From assembly GCF_902652985.1 (NCBI RefSeq), contig NC_047024.1, positions 29,946,001 through 30,010,000 of the forward strand: a DNA stretch of 64,000 nt. The letters run 5' to 3'. The stretch comes from Pecten maximus. Lineage: Eukaryota. The notes below the pieces were generated by a model. The model ran no database searches and had not been told where the DNA came from. It was given only the letters and a program-made list of their open reading frames with translations. Shown here piece by piece: positions 1-12,490 of the stretch. The stretch's first letter is position 1; every line of letters starts with the position of its first letter. The translations under genes and the position numbers were made by a program.

Positions 1-1640
1 GATTAAAAATACCCATTCCAACTTTCGACTTTATTACATCAACAACAATGACAACACGCTTAAAGCAAATGCACCAATTACTGAAATATTTCCAAATTAA
101 ACAATATTCTAAACGCCAAGGCAACATGTTAGAAAGAAAAAAAAATTAAATTAGTACCTAACATCATTAACAAATATCACATTTTGAAACCAGTTATAAG
201 CACATTAACTACAATTTACGCAGTTTGTATAGAAACCTGTCAGGATTGTCCTTAATTTATCGAGAAAGAGCTTATCCGTAATACCTATTGTTTTCTGCAT
301 TAAAATAATAGCGCAAGTCATCTATAAGAGTAAACCATCTTATAGTGAGAACTACCGTCATTTTAATAGACCAAGAGCCTTGAAACCCAGAACATCGACA
401 CTCCTTTAGTTACAAGGAATTGTACGAAAACACACAGGATATTAGTACATTTAAATATAAACTGAGAGTTAGATACTGTAGAACCAAACGTTACTTAAAC
501 TACATCTTACACCTGTTTAGACTCTTTAGTGATGCTAAAGGCCTAAATTGATGTGCTGATACCATGGAGGCGTCTGAGGAAACTTAAACTAGGTAAAAAG
601 AAAAGTCAAAATATGAATGAGGAGGTTCAATATCCCGAGGGGATTTTACGGTATTCGCAATGTCATCGATCGGAGCAAGAGGCACACTCAAGTGTGATGA
701 TAAATACGGTAAATGAACTGTTTTATAAACCGTTTACTTTTTTTCCTCATTTTTTCCACATATCAGTTTAAAACTCACACATTGGACAGTGTAAAGCTGC
801 AATGTAAAATGTTGGATTACATACATTACAACTCTTCAGATTTTCCATTTGGAGGCGTGCGTAATACAAATATTTCTTAAAGCGCATTCGGGAGAAAATA
901 GCCATTTGAATTAGCTTCAGACAATTATAATGAGCGAGTTAGTAGACTTCTTAAAAGGATCAGTATCATACGTAATGCTTAATTGGTTGCGTGTTGATTA
1001 TACCACAGACGTTAGCATTTGCCTGTGGTTATACCAATCAAAATGATCCATTATATCGTGATAGTTTTCCCATGCCGTTGGAGTTGCCAGCTTATCTTGG
1101 TAACACATTTTATTGAGGGATTAACGTCAGATGATGAATGACTTCCTGTTGTATGTTAAATCACACGACCGATAGATCTCAAGTGGACAATGTGTACCAT
1201 GTATAGGTTTGTACGGAAATGTGCCACAAACACATTAACGTGATCACACCTTTAGTTTGGCCTCTTACAACGAGTATAATTCCATAGATCTCAGTGAGTC
1301 AGATAACATCGGTTTATTAGGTGATTGTTATTCAGATAGATCATGGGAAAATTCAATATACTACAGTACTTCATACCCTCTCGTTCACTTGTTTCATCCT
1401 ATTTTATTTTTTGTAATACTATTTTCGAATTTGGTGTCAATAGGATCATGATAAAGACAGCCTTCAGAATAGATCTCAGACACTACATAAGACAGTGCTA
1501 GCACGCTTCACATTGGTCATTAGTCTGATGAAGGTGACTGTGTAGTCATCGAAACTTCACACTCTTAAATATCATGTTGGTTGTGTCATATAGCTTTTAT
1601 CATAATTACTTTACCAACCTGAAGAAAAATATTCCAGAAT
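1..1640 (+). mobile_element. Highly decayed Penelope-like retroelement 3' remnant (putative)
   Basis: Broken reading-frame fragments at 1-140 (LKIPIPT..., EIFPN..., SKRQGNML) resemble the linker between RT and GIY-YIG in Penelope-like ORFs; the region ends in a minimal hammerhead-like motif (1525-1563), typical of Penelope pseudo-LTRs. No intact ORF. Confidence 0.4.
1521..1563 (+). ncRNA. Minimal type I hammerhead ribozyme-like motif (degenerate)
   Basis: CTGATGA(A) at 1525, 7-bp stem II GGTGACT/AGTCATC with a GTGT loop, then GAAAC-TTC. Stem I has only 2 bp and the stem III palindrome is broken (GAAACTTC rather than GAAACGTC). Confidence 0.6.
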
Positions 1641-1694
1641 AAAAGAAAGTATAGTAGATCATTGAATACAGTAGAGCAAAAACGAGTTAAACTG

Positions 1695-2338
1695 CACCAT
1701 ACCGCTGTTTTGTCCTTTTGGACTCGCCAGTGATGATAAGGACATCATAGAGCCGTTTGACCCTTTTTGGACTCGTCAGTGATGATTAGGACATCATAGA
1801 GCCGTTTTGTCCCTCTTGGAATCGTCCGTGATGATAAGGACATCATGCAGCTTTTTGGCCTTCTTGTACTCATCCGTGATAATAAGGACATCATACCGCT
1901 GTTTTGGAATTTTCGGGCTCGTCAGTAATGATAGGGACATCCTAGAGCCGTTTTGTCCCTCTTGGAATCGTCCGTGATGATAAGGACATCATACAGCTTT
2001 TTGTCCCTCTTGGTCTCTTCCGTGATTATAAGGACATCATACCGCTGTTTTGGAATTTTCGGGCTCGTCAGTAATGATAGGGACATCATACTGCTGTTTG
2101 TTCTTCTTGCACTCGTCAGTGATGATAAGGACATCATACAGCTGTTTTGTTTGCACTCGTCAGTGATGTCCCTCTTGGGCTCTTCAGTGATGTTAAGGAC
2201 ACCATACCGCTGTTTTGTACTTCTTGGGCTCGTTAGTGATGATATGGAATTCATACAGCTGTTTTGTCCCTCTTCGACTCGTCCTTGATGAAAGGGATAT
2301 CATTCAGTTGTGTTGTTCTTTTTGGAGTCGGCAGTGGT
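1695..2338 (-). repeat. 49-bp tandem array (~13 units) of hammerhead-ribozyme-derived monomers
   Basis: Period 49 (TGATGA at 1731, 1780, 1829). Minus-strand consensus: tccttat-CATCA-CTGACGA-GTCC-aagag-GGAC-AAAAC-agct-GTA-TGATG. Confidence 0.85.
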
Positions 2339-2985
2339 GCGAAGAGTATAGAGGGTTGATAGAAAGCGACTAGGTAGCTACAACTGGTGAACAGAAATTT
2401 CAATATCTAGATTGGAAAGTGCAAAGGTCCCGTAATTCAACAGATTTCATTAATTCCAATACTGGATTTCAAAATTGCTCGGTTGACAATTATGAGAAAA
2501 AGTATTTCGTGGTAAAATATCATAATGTTGTTCTATGAATAATATATGCAAAATAAATAGTATGATTCCATTAGTAATAAAGAATTATAAAACACGCGCA
2601 TGGTTACTTCATTTTTATTAGCTCCGTGCACTTGTATGATTATCAATTTGCATGCGAAAACATGTTTTTCCAGGTGTTTCACCCAAAAAGCATTAAACTC
2701 CAATTTGTTTAGAAAAGAAATGGATAAAAGCATAAAATGGAAACTATCACACTACCTTAGTATAGTGTTTCATCGTCTAGCCGCCATTGATATACACACG
2801 CGTCAATTTTAGAGTTGAAAGCGCATACAGTGTATTTAGCATTGTGAATTTGCAAAGAAACCATCTGTGAGCTAGATTTTACAGATACCTGACGACAGAT
2901 GACAGTTGCTAAAACAACCTCTCTTGAAATCGAGTCCGGAACGCAATCATCGATCACGACATGCGTATGATTTATTGTCTCTTAA

Positions 2986-3315
2986 AGGGGCATTCCTTCG
3001 GTCGGACATCAGAAACATGCACAATTTCTATTGATGAAATATATGTCCGAACGATGATTATATGAGTTATATGAGTGTCTGTGCCTACATGAAATAAAAG
3101 TAACGCCGAAATGTACAAGAAAAAGACGCATCGTATATAAATACCGTATGTATTTGCGTTAATTAGTGATACGTCGGGTAGAAATAAGGGTTATCTTGAG
3201 AGTAAAACTGCCTTATTAATGTAAAGATTATAACTTTAACTACTTGGAAAAATACATATTTTCTAGTTAGTTAGATTTTGACGACCTAAACATTATTCAA
3301 ACGAAGGATGCCCCA
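2986..3315. mobile_element. Non-autonomous TIR element with TTAA target duplication (Kolobok/piggyBac-type MITE)
   Basis: TTAA|AGGGGCATTCCTTCG ... CGAAGGATGCCCCA|TTAA (TTAA at 2982-2985 and 3316-3319). Confidence 0.65.
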
Positions 3316-5350
3316 TTAAATCACATATATGCTAGTAAAACAGAGCTTAGCCATGACACTGGCCGAATCTCTGTTTCACATTTTACCTATCAAAATAACG
3401 ACCCTGGTTCTTATTGACTTGGACATATAATAGAAGTGAAAAGAAATAATCAAACCCACCCTTCATACTAAGTTTACATTATTGTGAACAGTGCTCTTTT
3501 GGATTTACCAGTCTACACAAAAACACGAAATTAATTCTATTATGGCGTAAATGGAACATCACACCCCTCTGTCGCAAAAACAGCACTACAGTGCTAATGT
3601 TACTATGTTATCCTAATATGCGACTTTAAATAAAACAAATTTGACTCTTGACTTGACCATTAGTTCCGTTTGGCTCATTTTGATTTCCTTGGCATCTTTT
3701 CCTTTGGTCCCTATCACCAGTTTCGCGAAAAAGCTGTATAAAGCGGTTCTATACGTCAGCAATTACTGAATGTATATGTTAAGGTGCCGTGATATTGTAT
3801 GTTGTTTTATATAAAGTTCGCTGAATTAATCATAACTAACGTCTTACGATTATGAATATCACGAGAACAGTTCCCTTAAAATGGCTTGTGGCTGTGTTAC
3901 TGCACTCATTATCTTCCCTATGACGAGGTCAAGCTTTAAACATAATCTAGACTTGCTTGAAGACCATTGACAAAAAGTGTGTATGCACCTTTGCATATAG
4001 TAAATTTTCGTAAAATAAGTAAGGATTGCCCATTTTTATTAGTAGAGATGTGCCCTTTGGATGAAATTATTAACAGGTCATTTGAACCATTTTGCATTCT
4101 CTTTAAAACGATAACATTAAAAAAAGTACAGTTAATGTCGGTTATTCTATATACTAAGCTGAACTGTAACAATCAAAAGTACATAAAAACGTTACCTTTC
4201 TTTTTTCCTTATATGGCCGGTTGTGAGGTAGTATACTCTTCGTTTGTCGTCTAAACAATGATACTCGAGGGACCATCCATCGGTTGGTGTATGCCCCAAT
4301 TCATTTAGAAAGTGATATTAACCTCACGATGAATAGGAAGTAAGATGTCAGCCAATAGTCACTCTGACCCCGGATGTTCACATGACAAGGGTATGAGCCT
4401 ATAGATGTGAATTTAGCTACACATACCGTATATACCGAGTATTTAACATTAAAACTTCAGAATACAGCTGATTCGTCCTTCTCGAAATCGTTAGTGATGC
4501 AAGGTGTAAATAGATAAATAATAATAAATGACAAATTGGGGGATGGGAAGCGCGGGATTAAGATGGAGCTGCATTTGTTTGCTTGAAATGATCGCACAAA
4601 AAACAAATATTCAGTTCATTTCATAGACATTAACGTTTTAAATGATGTTTTGTTTTTAAATATAAAATATTATCGTTGCCCACTTTTCTTTCATCATTAA
4701 TTGCCTTTTATGATGCAATAGCCTTTTTCATCGTTCGAGTAACATTGAATCAAGCGAGACATGCGAGGTGAATAGCTATAATCTAGGGTTGTCAACAGTA
4801 AACTGGCTAGCCGTTTGTTTGGTCGGCAGACAGCTCGAGTACCAAAGTCGGTATACGAATAAACGGACGTATATGTTTAATTTAAGGAACCCCACGTTTA
4901 CCTGAATCCGATCGATCGATAGCCGGTGAATAGTAATCACTATCAAAACTTTGCCAATAAAAATGTAATTATATAGGCATATGATGGCTTATTATATTAG
5001 TAAGGATCGACGTGTGGTGTTCACAGGGGGGAGGGGGTTCCAATCCGGGTCCCAGCCCATTGTTAGGCTAACCGATTAACCGGTTGACATCCCTGCTATA
5101 GATTAAAACACATTTATCCAGTTATAGGCTTGATTTTTAGTTGATACATAACTATAAATGATCACTTCTCGTTTAAAGATAATGATCTTTTAATTTCAGA
5201 GGTATACCTCATACCTGTAAGGCAGATTCGAACAACGATTAACTAGGATAGAAATATCATCAATCAAGTAACATCCATGGAAGCCTGTTTGTGTCATCTT
5301 GATCTTTTTCTGAATTCGCTAACACGAGATCATACGACATCTTCAAATGA

Positions 5351-6611
5351 CACCGGCCTGTTATCCATAATGCATTGCGAGGTTCAGCCAATCGAATAAA
5401 TGAGATGTGATCACATGATCTGTTTTACTACACAGTTGCTACGCATCAGTCACTTGTTTCATTCATTAGATAATGATCTGTCTATAATGTTGCAAAAACT
5501 GCAGTGGGTAAACGAATATGGCTTATCAACCGGTATCAATTGTCGAAATGTTAACTATACACATAAAACCAAGAGTCTACCTTTGGAATTTGTAACTTAG
5601 ATGTAAACAAAGACACAAAAACTGGTATCCAAATTCGGTCAATTTATTCAGGAAAATCGGGAATTGTTTGTTCATTGACAACTTCCCGAACACTGGTCAA
5701 ACATTGCAATGATATTGTTTTGCTAGCTGTTCTAATTTTCTCAACTTTCATTCTTGTCACCAATTCATCTTTTACACTTTTAGGCATTGCTCTCACATTC
5801 TCGTCAATCATCGCAATCAATACCATTTTCGTACGGTTTAATATCTTTCTCTAAAGTCATTGTATCATTTTCAGTTACGGGGATTTTTCTTACTTTGATT
5901 TAAGGAATATTTTCCGGAAGATTTTTATAAGTTCAAAAGACCAAGTGTTCGTTTAACGCTTTCATATTTAAAAGTTGTGAGTTGTTGACACATTTCAATT
6001 CTACTATCAGTCGACTTAATTTTTCTATTAGAAACACCTAAAGGCTCATGCATATCAAATTATTGAACTTTAATAAATTCCATATGACATAATCATTTAT
6101 GTAAGATCCTTTATATACATAATACATGTACTTACTAGGTTATCTATTGTAATTTGGGGGCTTCTCGGGTAGGATTCCCTCACTTCAAAATGTTGCGTCA
6201 CTTTAATTTATATACGGCAAATTTCTAGCAGTAAATCGGGTATTAATTGTAAAACGAGAACTGCTTAATCCTCGTGATATGTTTGTTATGCGTGTTTGCA
6301 CGTTACACACATAGATTAACACGTGTCCTAGTACAAAAATACATGTATCTGAATACATTACATTATGTATTGATACCGATTTCAGTGCTTTATTTTCTCA
6401 GTCTTTTATAAACACGTGTGATTCCAAAGATGAAATTGTTAATAGTCTTATAAACTTTAATGAAACAAAATATTGAACAATAAATTACATAAATAAATTA
6501 TCCAGAGCCAAACACGTGTTTTTCGCATAGTAAACACGTAATAAAACAGATCATGTGCTCACATCTCATTTAGTCGATTTGTCGAACCACGCAATGCATC
6601 ATAGGCCGGTG
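5351..6611. mobile_element. Non-autonomous DNA element with ~100-bp imperfect terminal inverted repeats
   Basis: CACCGGCCT...ATGCATTGCG-GGTTC...AAATGAGATGTGA-CACATGATCTGTTTTA at 5351-5430 is the reverse complement of 6540-6611. No clear TSD. Confidence 0.6.
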
Positions 6612-8138
6612 ACGTTAATCTATGTTTATGTCCTTATATAGCGACCGACTCGGCCTGTCTTTACGCGATGTCAATTTTACGTCAATTACACGTGCACGCC
6701 ATGACAGACTATACAGAAACTAAGCAATGGCATGTGCTCCATTGAGAAATAATGAAAAACAACAATACTGAAGTAGAAACGAGGGCAAAATATGAACAAA
6801 AACTAAATTTGCGTTGTAACGTACAGAAAGACCAGGTCGCCTTACTGATCTTGATCTAATCGGGATAAAGTCACATACAGACGCAACATAAGTACAAGGA
6901 TGACAAGAACGGAAACAGGCATACGAATAAGTACACGGAAATAGAATATTTTCCGATGAGATCATGATGTCAAACATTCAACTTTCCCATGGTCTTCATC
7001 GATCCGGATAACACTGACGTCATCTAAATAAGCCATTACTCTATTTGCTTTACATCTAACTTTATTTGCTGTTTCATTTGTACGTGTCATAATTTCGTGA
7101 TGTCACAAACAAATTTATATTGTGAAAATTTCAAAGAAAGCTGTCAGTTTATCGGGTGTTCTACAAGGAAATGCTGTGGTATGCTTGCCTTGTGATGATA
7201 CTATAGAAGAAAGTAGAAAACTATCTTATCATACTTGTACTGATAACACCTTGATCAAAGAGCGAAATATACATAGGCGTATTTCCTTGTTATTCCTAAA
7301 AACAGCCTTGCCCCCTGCAGCCGTAGATTATGACTAACTTCCTCCAATGAGGAAACTATCGATCGTAACGTCATTAAGAAATTACACATCGGGTTAATGA
7401 GAAGTGTAATACCTTTCCTAATTGAATTCCACTGATTCCATATTAATGATGATAGGGTGCATAGAGCGCCATCTGGATTCGAGAAACTGCAAAGATGGTT
7501 ATAAAGGATGTTATGATTTTGTATGACTTAGTTGTCCATAGTACATACCAGTAAGTAGGTCTTGTGCAGTATGTATTGCCGATAAATACATGCATTTGGT
7601 AATTTATGGATACAACAGTTCCACCGGAAGAAATCAATGATGTCATCCAACTGTTTAGTGTGCTGAAGTAATTTGTTACAATGTACCAATACATACCTAG
7701 TATCTAAAAGGGCACTATATAGCACACATCTCATCAATAGCTTTCGCGGTTGATTGCACATACTGACCAGATAATGAAATGTTCCTATATTAACACAAAG
7801 AATGGTGTGTTTTATAACATATCAGACTCAAACGGCCTAATATGTAAAACATTGGTCAGCCTTGTGCTCCATGCGCCCCAATCTTTTACATTATATACAG
7901 TTTTCGGTGTAAACCATTTAATATAAGTTATCATTTCAATAAGATTACCATACTATTCGGGACCCAGAAGGAATGAACAAATTGATGATAGAGGAATTTC
8001 TACAGAGGTAATCATCCATTGACCAGTTAACCATGTAACTAAGGTGGCATTGTACAAAATCCATGTGTGTCGCCGGAAAACTGGTTAGAGTGTCTTTCAG
8101 TGGTAAAGTCTTTATCAGTTTGTATGATCTGACATCGA

Positions 8139-9137
8139 TATAACATCTGATATTTGAGTACATTAATGGTGTATTATGAGAATGTTTATGTATGTGGGAA
8201 GGGCGATGTTTATAACATCAAAAATCAGAACGCGAACGTCACCAGAACGACCAACGCGAGTTAATTTAAAAGTCGGAACATGCGTACGTGGTCTTACGTA
8301 CAGAGGCGTGCTATACACACCATATCAATTGATTCAATGCTCGATAACGAACTGTAACAGTCTTACGAAATCAAAGGGCTTGTGATATAATGTATCAACA
8401 AAAGTATCCGAAGATGTACAGTAGACTTTTATTCACACGCTTTCATTTGGTATAATAATATAGTCTTTATAGGTGAGGAGTTTTTCTTTCACACAAAAGA
8501 TACCACACTTAATCTCTGTAAATGGGATCTATCGAATTTTATCTCATGGTACGCTAATAAAAGATGACATATCCACTGAAATAAGTTTCTTTCTTTAATT
8601 TTAGCGGACCGAATTAACCATTTAGACATACAATGTGAGAATTTTTAGCGATTGTCCCAGTCGGACGTACTTCGAGACTATTAAATTCCGCGCAACCATG
8701 CGCTCTTGTACGTTTCAGTGTATATTTGAATGTTAGCTCTTTATTCATTTCCACACTATCTAATGACTGAGAATACGGCTAAAGTAAATCCTCCCCGGAT
8801 ATTAACACCTACACAGTATATTGAAAAAAAATTTGTATGGCTTACAGCACTGGAACTGTTTAGACTTTTGCATTGATCAGATGTCGTTTCAGGAAAGATA
8901 GAGATGCTGACAGACATAGTATAGTAACTTTTCGCCACGGATCAAGAGTAAAGTGTTCCAGTGATAGGTCTGAAGCTTTTGCGAAGAACATGGATTAGTT
9001 ATTAATTTCAAAATATTGGATTAGAATAATATTTTGAGTGATATAATTGACCTCTTGATAACCATTTTTGCGTAATATCTGACATGTTAGACATAAAACT
9101 ACTTTGGTCAGGCATCGTGTACGTAAACATGCATTTT
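8139..9137 (+). repeat. ~1 kb segment duplicated at 13158-14207 (copy A)
   Basis: Colinear match from TATAACATCTGA to ACGTAAACATGCATTTT; near-identical short ORFs at 8176/13195 and 8756/13733. Confidence 0.9.
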
Positions 9138-9899
9138 ATTTTTATTAAGAAATTATGACCGATTGCTCTAAAATTGCATTTTACAAATACAAATACTACA
9201 TTCGAAAATAAAGAACTCAAAATTCGAAATAAATATAACACTAGGTCAAAGCATTAACAAAAATATAGATTAGGGCATTGGGAAAGTGCAGAGAATGAGA
9301 CCAGGTTGTACGAGGGACTAAACGTCTTCTGTTTTATCGATGCCATGCGCCATTCAAATTTAGGTTAAATTACTGGTCACATTCTCAAAATGAGAAATAG
9401 GGTGAAGAAAACAGAACCAATATGCATATCAACACGCACCGTATAACATAGAAACCCAATGTATTTGAAATAAAAATTGGCCTTCAAACAATTCTAATAT
9501 GTATTGTGTAAAATTGCACATTGTGTAATCTTTTTTGTTTGTTGTTGCGATGTAATTTTTACATTATCAGATGCATAAACATATGCTCGCGCATCATATC
9601 GATTATTACAATTTGTTTAACACGTTTCTTTTGAGACTGGAATGACGCTGGAAGAAAATGCGGCTCAGCTTAAATGTCCACTGAAGGCTATGTGAAATCT
9701 TCTTAAGGATTTAGTATCGCCGCCTACTGAATTTGTACATACTGACAACACGAATTCGTGGAATTACAGAAAACGTAAATGACAAATTCTTTCCAAAAAC
9801 CGGTATCACTATATAAGTAAAAGGTCGCAAATATAAGTATGCTTATTTAATGAACATCAGAACACTGTCTGAAGAACAACTTTCAGGCACTCCAAATTT

Positions 9900-10210
9900 A
9901 AATATTCCATACACCCTTTGTAATTCCATTTTCTTAGGAGTTTTAGGCTATCCTAATACTCCCCATCCTAACGTACATCATATGTAATCCAATTTTGTTG
10001 AGAGTTTAAGACGTTTCTAATATTTCTCATCCTAACGTACATCACTTGTAATCCCATTTGTTGAGAGTTTAAGACGTTTCTAATACTTATCATCCTAACG
10101 TACATCACATGTAATCCCATTTTGTTGAGAGTTTAAGGCTCGCCTTATACTTCTCATCCTAACGTACATCCTATGAAATCCATTTTTTTTTTAGAGTTTT
10201 AGGTTCTTCT
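9900..10210. repeat. ~63-bp minisatellite, 4-5 copies
   Basis: CATCCTAACGTACATC...TTGTTGAGAGTTTAAG recurs at about 9964, 10028, 10091 and 10155. Confidence 0.85.
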
Positions 10211-10261
10211 CGTCCTTCTATATACGATATACCATGTATTGCATATAATCCAATTTGACGG

Positions 10262-10470
10262 ATGGCACTTACCTTACCTAGGTGGCCTTGGTTCGATTCA
10301 CCGCCCGGACGTGAAAAGGTACGGGGTCAACTTCCCGGCCACGTGGGTATTCCCCAGGTAATCCGGTTTCCCCCCACACTGAGACACCTCGCGCGCATCT
10401 ATTCGGGTCAACACGCCTGATTGATATAAGTTGATATCACTTGTTTCTTAATTGCTGCATAATAAATTAC
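10262..10470 (+). mobile_element. Old tRNA-derived V-SINE copy
   Basis: B-box GGTTCGATTC, then V-domain-like GTGGGTATTCCCCAGGTAATCCGGTTTCCCCCAC; same family as 44160-44350. Confidence 0.6.
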
Positions 10471-11217
10471 ATTTTTTACATATATAATCCGATTTGTTAC
10501 ATGATTTGTACTGTATATCTTCACGTATATCATATATAATCCAATTTGTAAATATGGTTAATTACACTCTTGATCTTCACGTATATATATCATCCCGTTT
10601 GTGAATAGTGTCTTCCTTATTCTTCCGTATAGTAAATGTTATCCCATTTGTTGTTAGGATTGTTGATAATATGGTGTATAGTGTAGTATGGTGAACAAAA
10701 AATCTCGTTGGCGGATGATATCTTATTGTTGCGACCAATCCATGGAATCCTAATCCGAATGCGTATCTTCTCTTGCATGGTGAAATATATTTTATGTTAT
10801 TTCTAATTAATATCAATAATGATCGCTATGATACTTAAATGTACTATAAAAATTGATATTCCCGTTATATATTGTTCAAAACAAAAGGCGACGTCGCATA
10901 ATATAATCTAAACAACATTTTATTGGTAGATAAAACATTTGTAAGGAACAAACACGACAGGGACGGCAACATGAAAAACAATATTTTTCATTGTTACAAG
11001 CAGGCATCATAATGTTTGAACGAAATGGCACATTTTAATTCTTAAAAATACTCTTAACATAACAAAAAATGTAATACATATTCCTGTGTCAGTTTATTTT
11101 GAGTTCACTGTTTTACCACATAAGATGACAAAATAACACGATTGTAACGAGTTCAATGATCAACAATGTACAACAAACGACAATAAGAAATGATTCATAC
11201 ATGACTGGCGTCGGGTC

Positions 11218-12138
11218 TTAAATGATCAACAATGGCATGTCATTACCGACACCTTCTGGTCTAGTGCGACAATACGAGATACTGTCTTTTAGTGATTTAC
11301 GGAGTGAATACGAAAATAGCACACATACAAAGAAAGTAATAGCGTGATTACTACAGTTCATGAGATGAGTTATTGTTATAGCGTATTTTAAACCCTGAAT
11401 GAACTCCAAGTCAGTAAACTTGTGGTCAGGAATTATAAAGTAGACAAGGTTGGATATAGTAGCCGGAACTGCGAGGATAAGATATATCATAGAGAGTCCA
11501 AGTATGGCTTTTGTAAGATCAATAGAAATTTTGTCCATTTCAGATTCTTCGGGTGGTTTTGAATAAGTGCATAGTCCGTTCACCATGAAAATGATCAGAA
11601 TCAGAAGCATAAGAAGAGGTGCAAATGTGAGGCAGATGGCCGAAAGCCAGCTCCATATGACATAATATAAGCTGTCCGAAAGCGGGACACAAAAACCATT
11701 TCTGAGCTCGAAGATCCAAAGGCAATGGATGTTAATCAGCATCACTCCAACGAAAATCATAATCAAGACCATTTTGGCCATAGCAATTCTACAAAAACAT
11801 TTCGCTCTTTGATGATTGCAGACAAATATATATCTATCCAGTAACATGGCAACTGCTATCCAAATCCCGCTATGCATAATCATCCTGTATCCGAATTGGG
11901 CTATTCGACATCCAAAGTCTGACATGTTTTCAGCATCAGGGTATCCTGTTACTTTGGCTATCCATGACCCACCGTATATCAATATCAGTATCAGCGTGTT
12001 ATCAACTGAGTAAGCTGTAACATAAAATCCAACTGAGAAAGAACGCAGAAACTTCTGATGATAAACTCCGATTGTCAGTATATTACCTATGACTCCTGTA
12101 ACAATTAACACAGGAATCACACACAGAGATATGTCCAT
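11218..12138 (-). CDS. Rhodopsin-class (class A) peptide-receptor-like GPCR (FMRFamide/sex-peptide receptor-like group)
   Basis: 306-aa uninterrupted ORF with 7 hydrophobic segments, TM1 GN motif (GVIGNILT), Cys at the start of TM3, DRY motif (LLDRYIFVC), TM6 Pro (LAVP) and TM7 NHAITFF, typical of invertebrate peptide-like GPCRs. The N-terminus is unusually short. Confidence 0.88.
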   Translation of the reverse strand: MDISLCVIPVLIVTGVIGNILTIGVYHQKFLRSFSVGFYVTAYSVDNTLILILIYGGSWIAKVTGYPDAENMSDFGCRIAQFGYRMIMHSGIWIAVAMLLDRYIFVCNHQRAKCFCRIAMAKMVLIMIFVGVMLINIHCLWIFELRNGFCVPLSDSLYYVIWSWLSAICLTFAPLLMLLILIIFMVNGLCTYSKPPEESEMDKISIDLTKAILGLSMIYLILAVPATISNLVYFIIPDHKFTDLEFIQGLKYAITITHLMNCSNHAITFFVCVLFSYSLRKSLKDSISYCRTRPEGVGNDMPLLII

Positions 12139-12490
12139 TCTCCGACGGACAATACTCTAGATATGCAGAGGCTGAGTGATGAATGACGAAATGCCGTTGT
12201 TATACCGTACGCTGTATATATATGGTAAAGCCACATGTGGCATTTATCTCTCAAGTCTTCCTCTCTAGCTATTGGTTAAGGCTGTGTATCTGTTAATATA
12301 TTCTATTGGCTCGATACAATACAATATAATAGACCATTATCTTTCTGTGCTACGAATGTTTCAATTATTTGAAATCACTGTTTTATAATAACCCATATTT
12401 ATTTTTTTAAATTATTCCTCTAGAACTAAAATAAAAATGAAAATATAGATGTTAGAAATTATTCTTAAAATTTTACTAATCTAGTAGTTA

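Noticed and set aside
1922-2288. 110-111 aa ORFs on both strands
   Set aside because: By-products of the 49-bp tandem repeat; no protein-family features.
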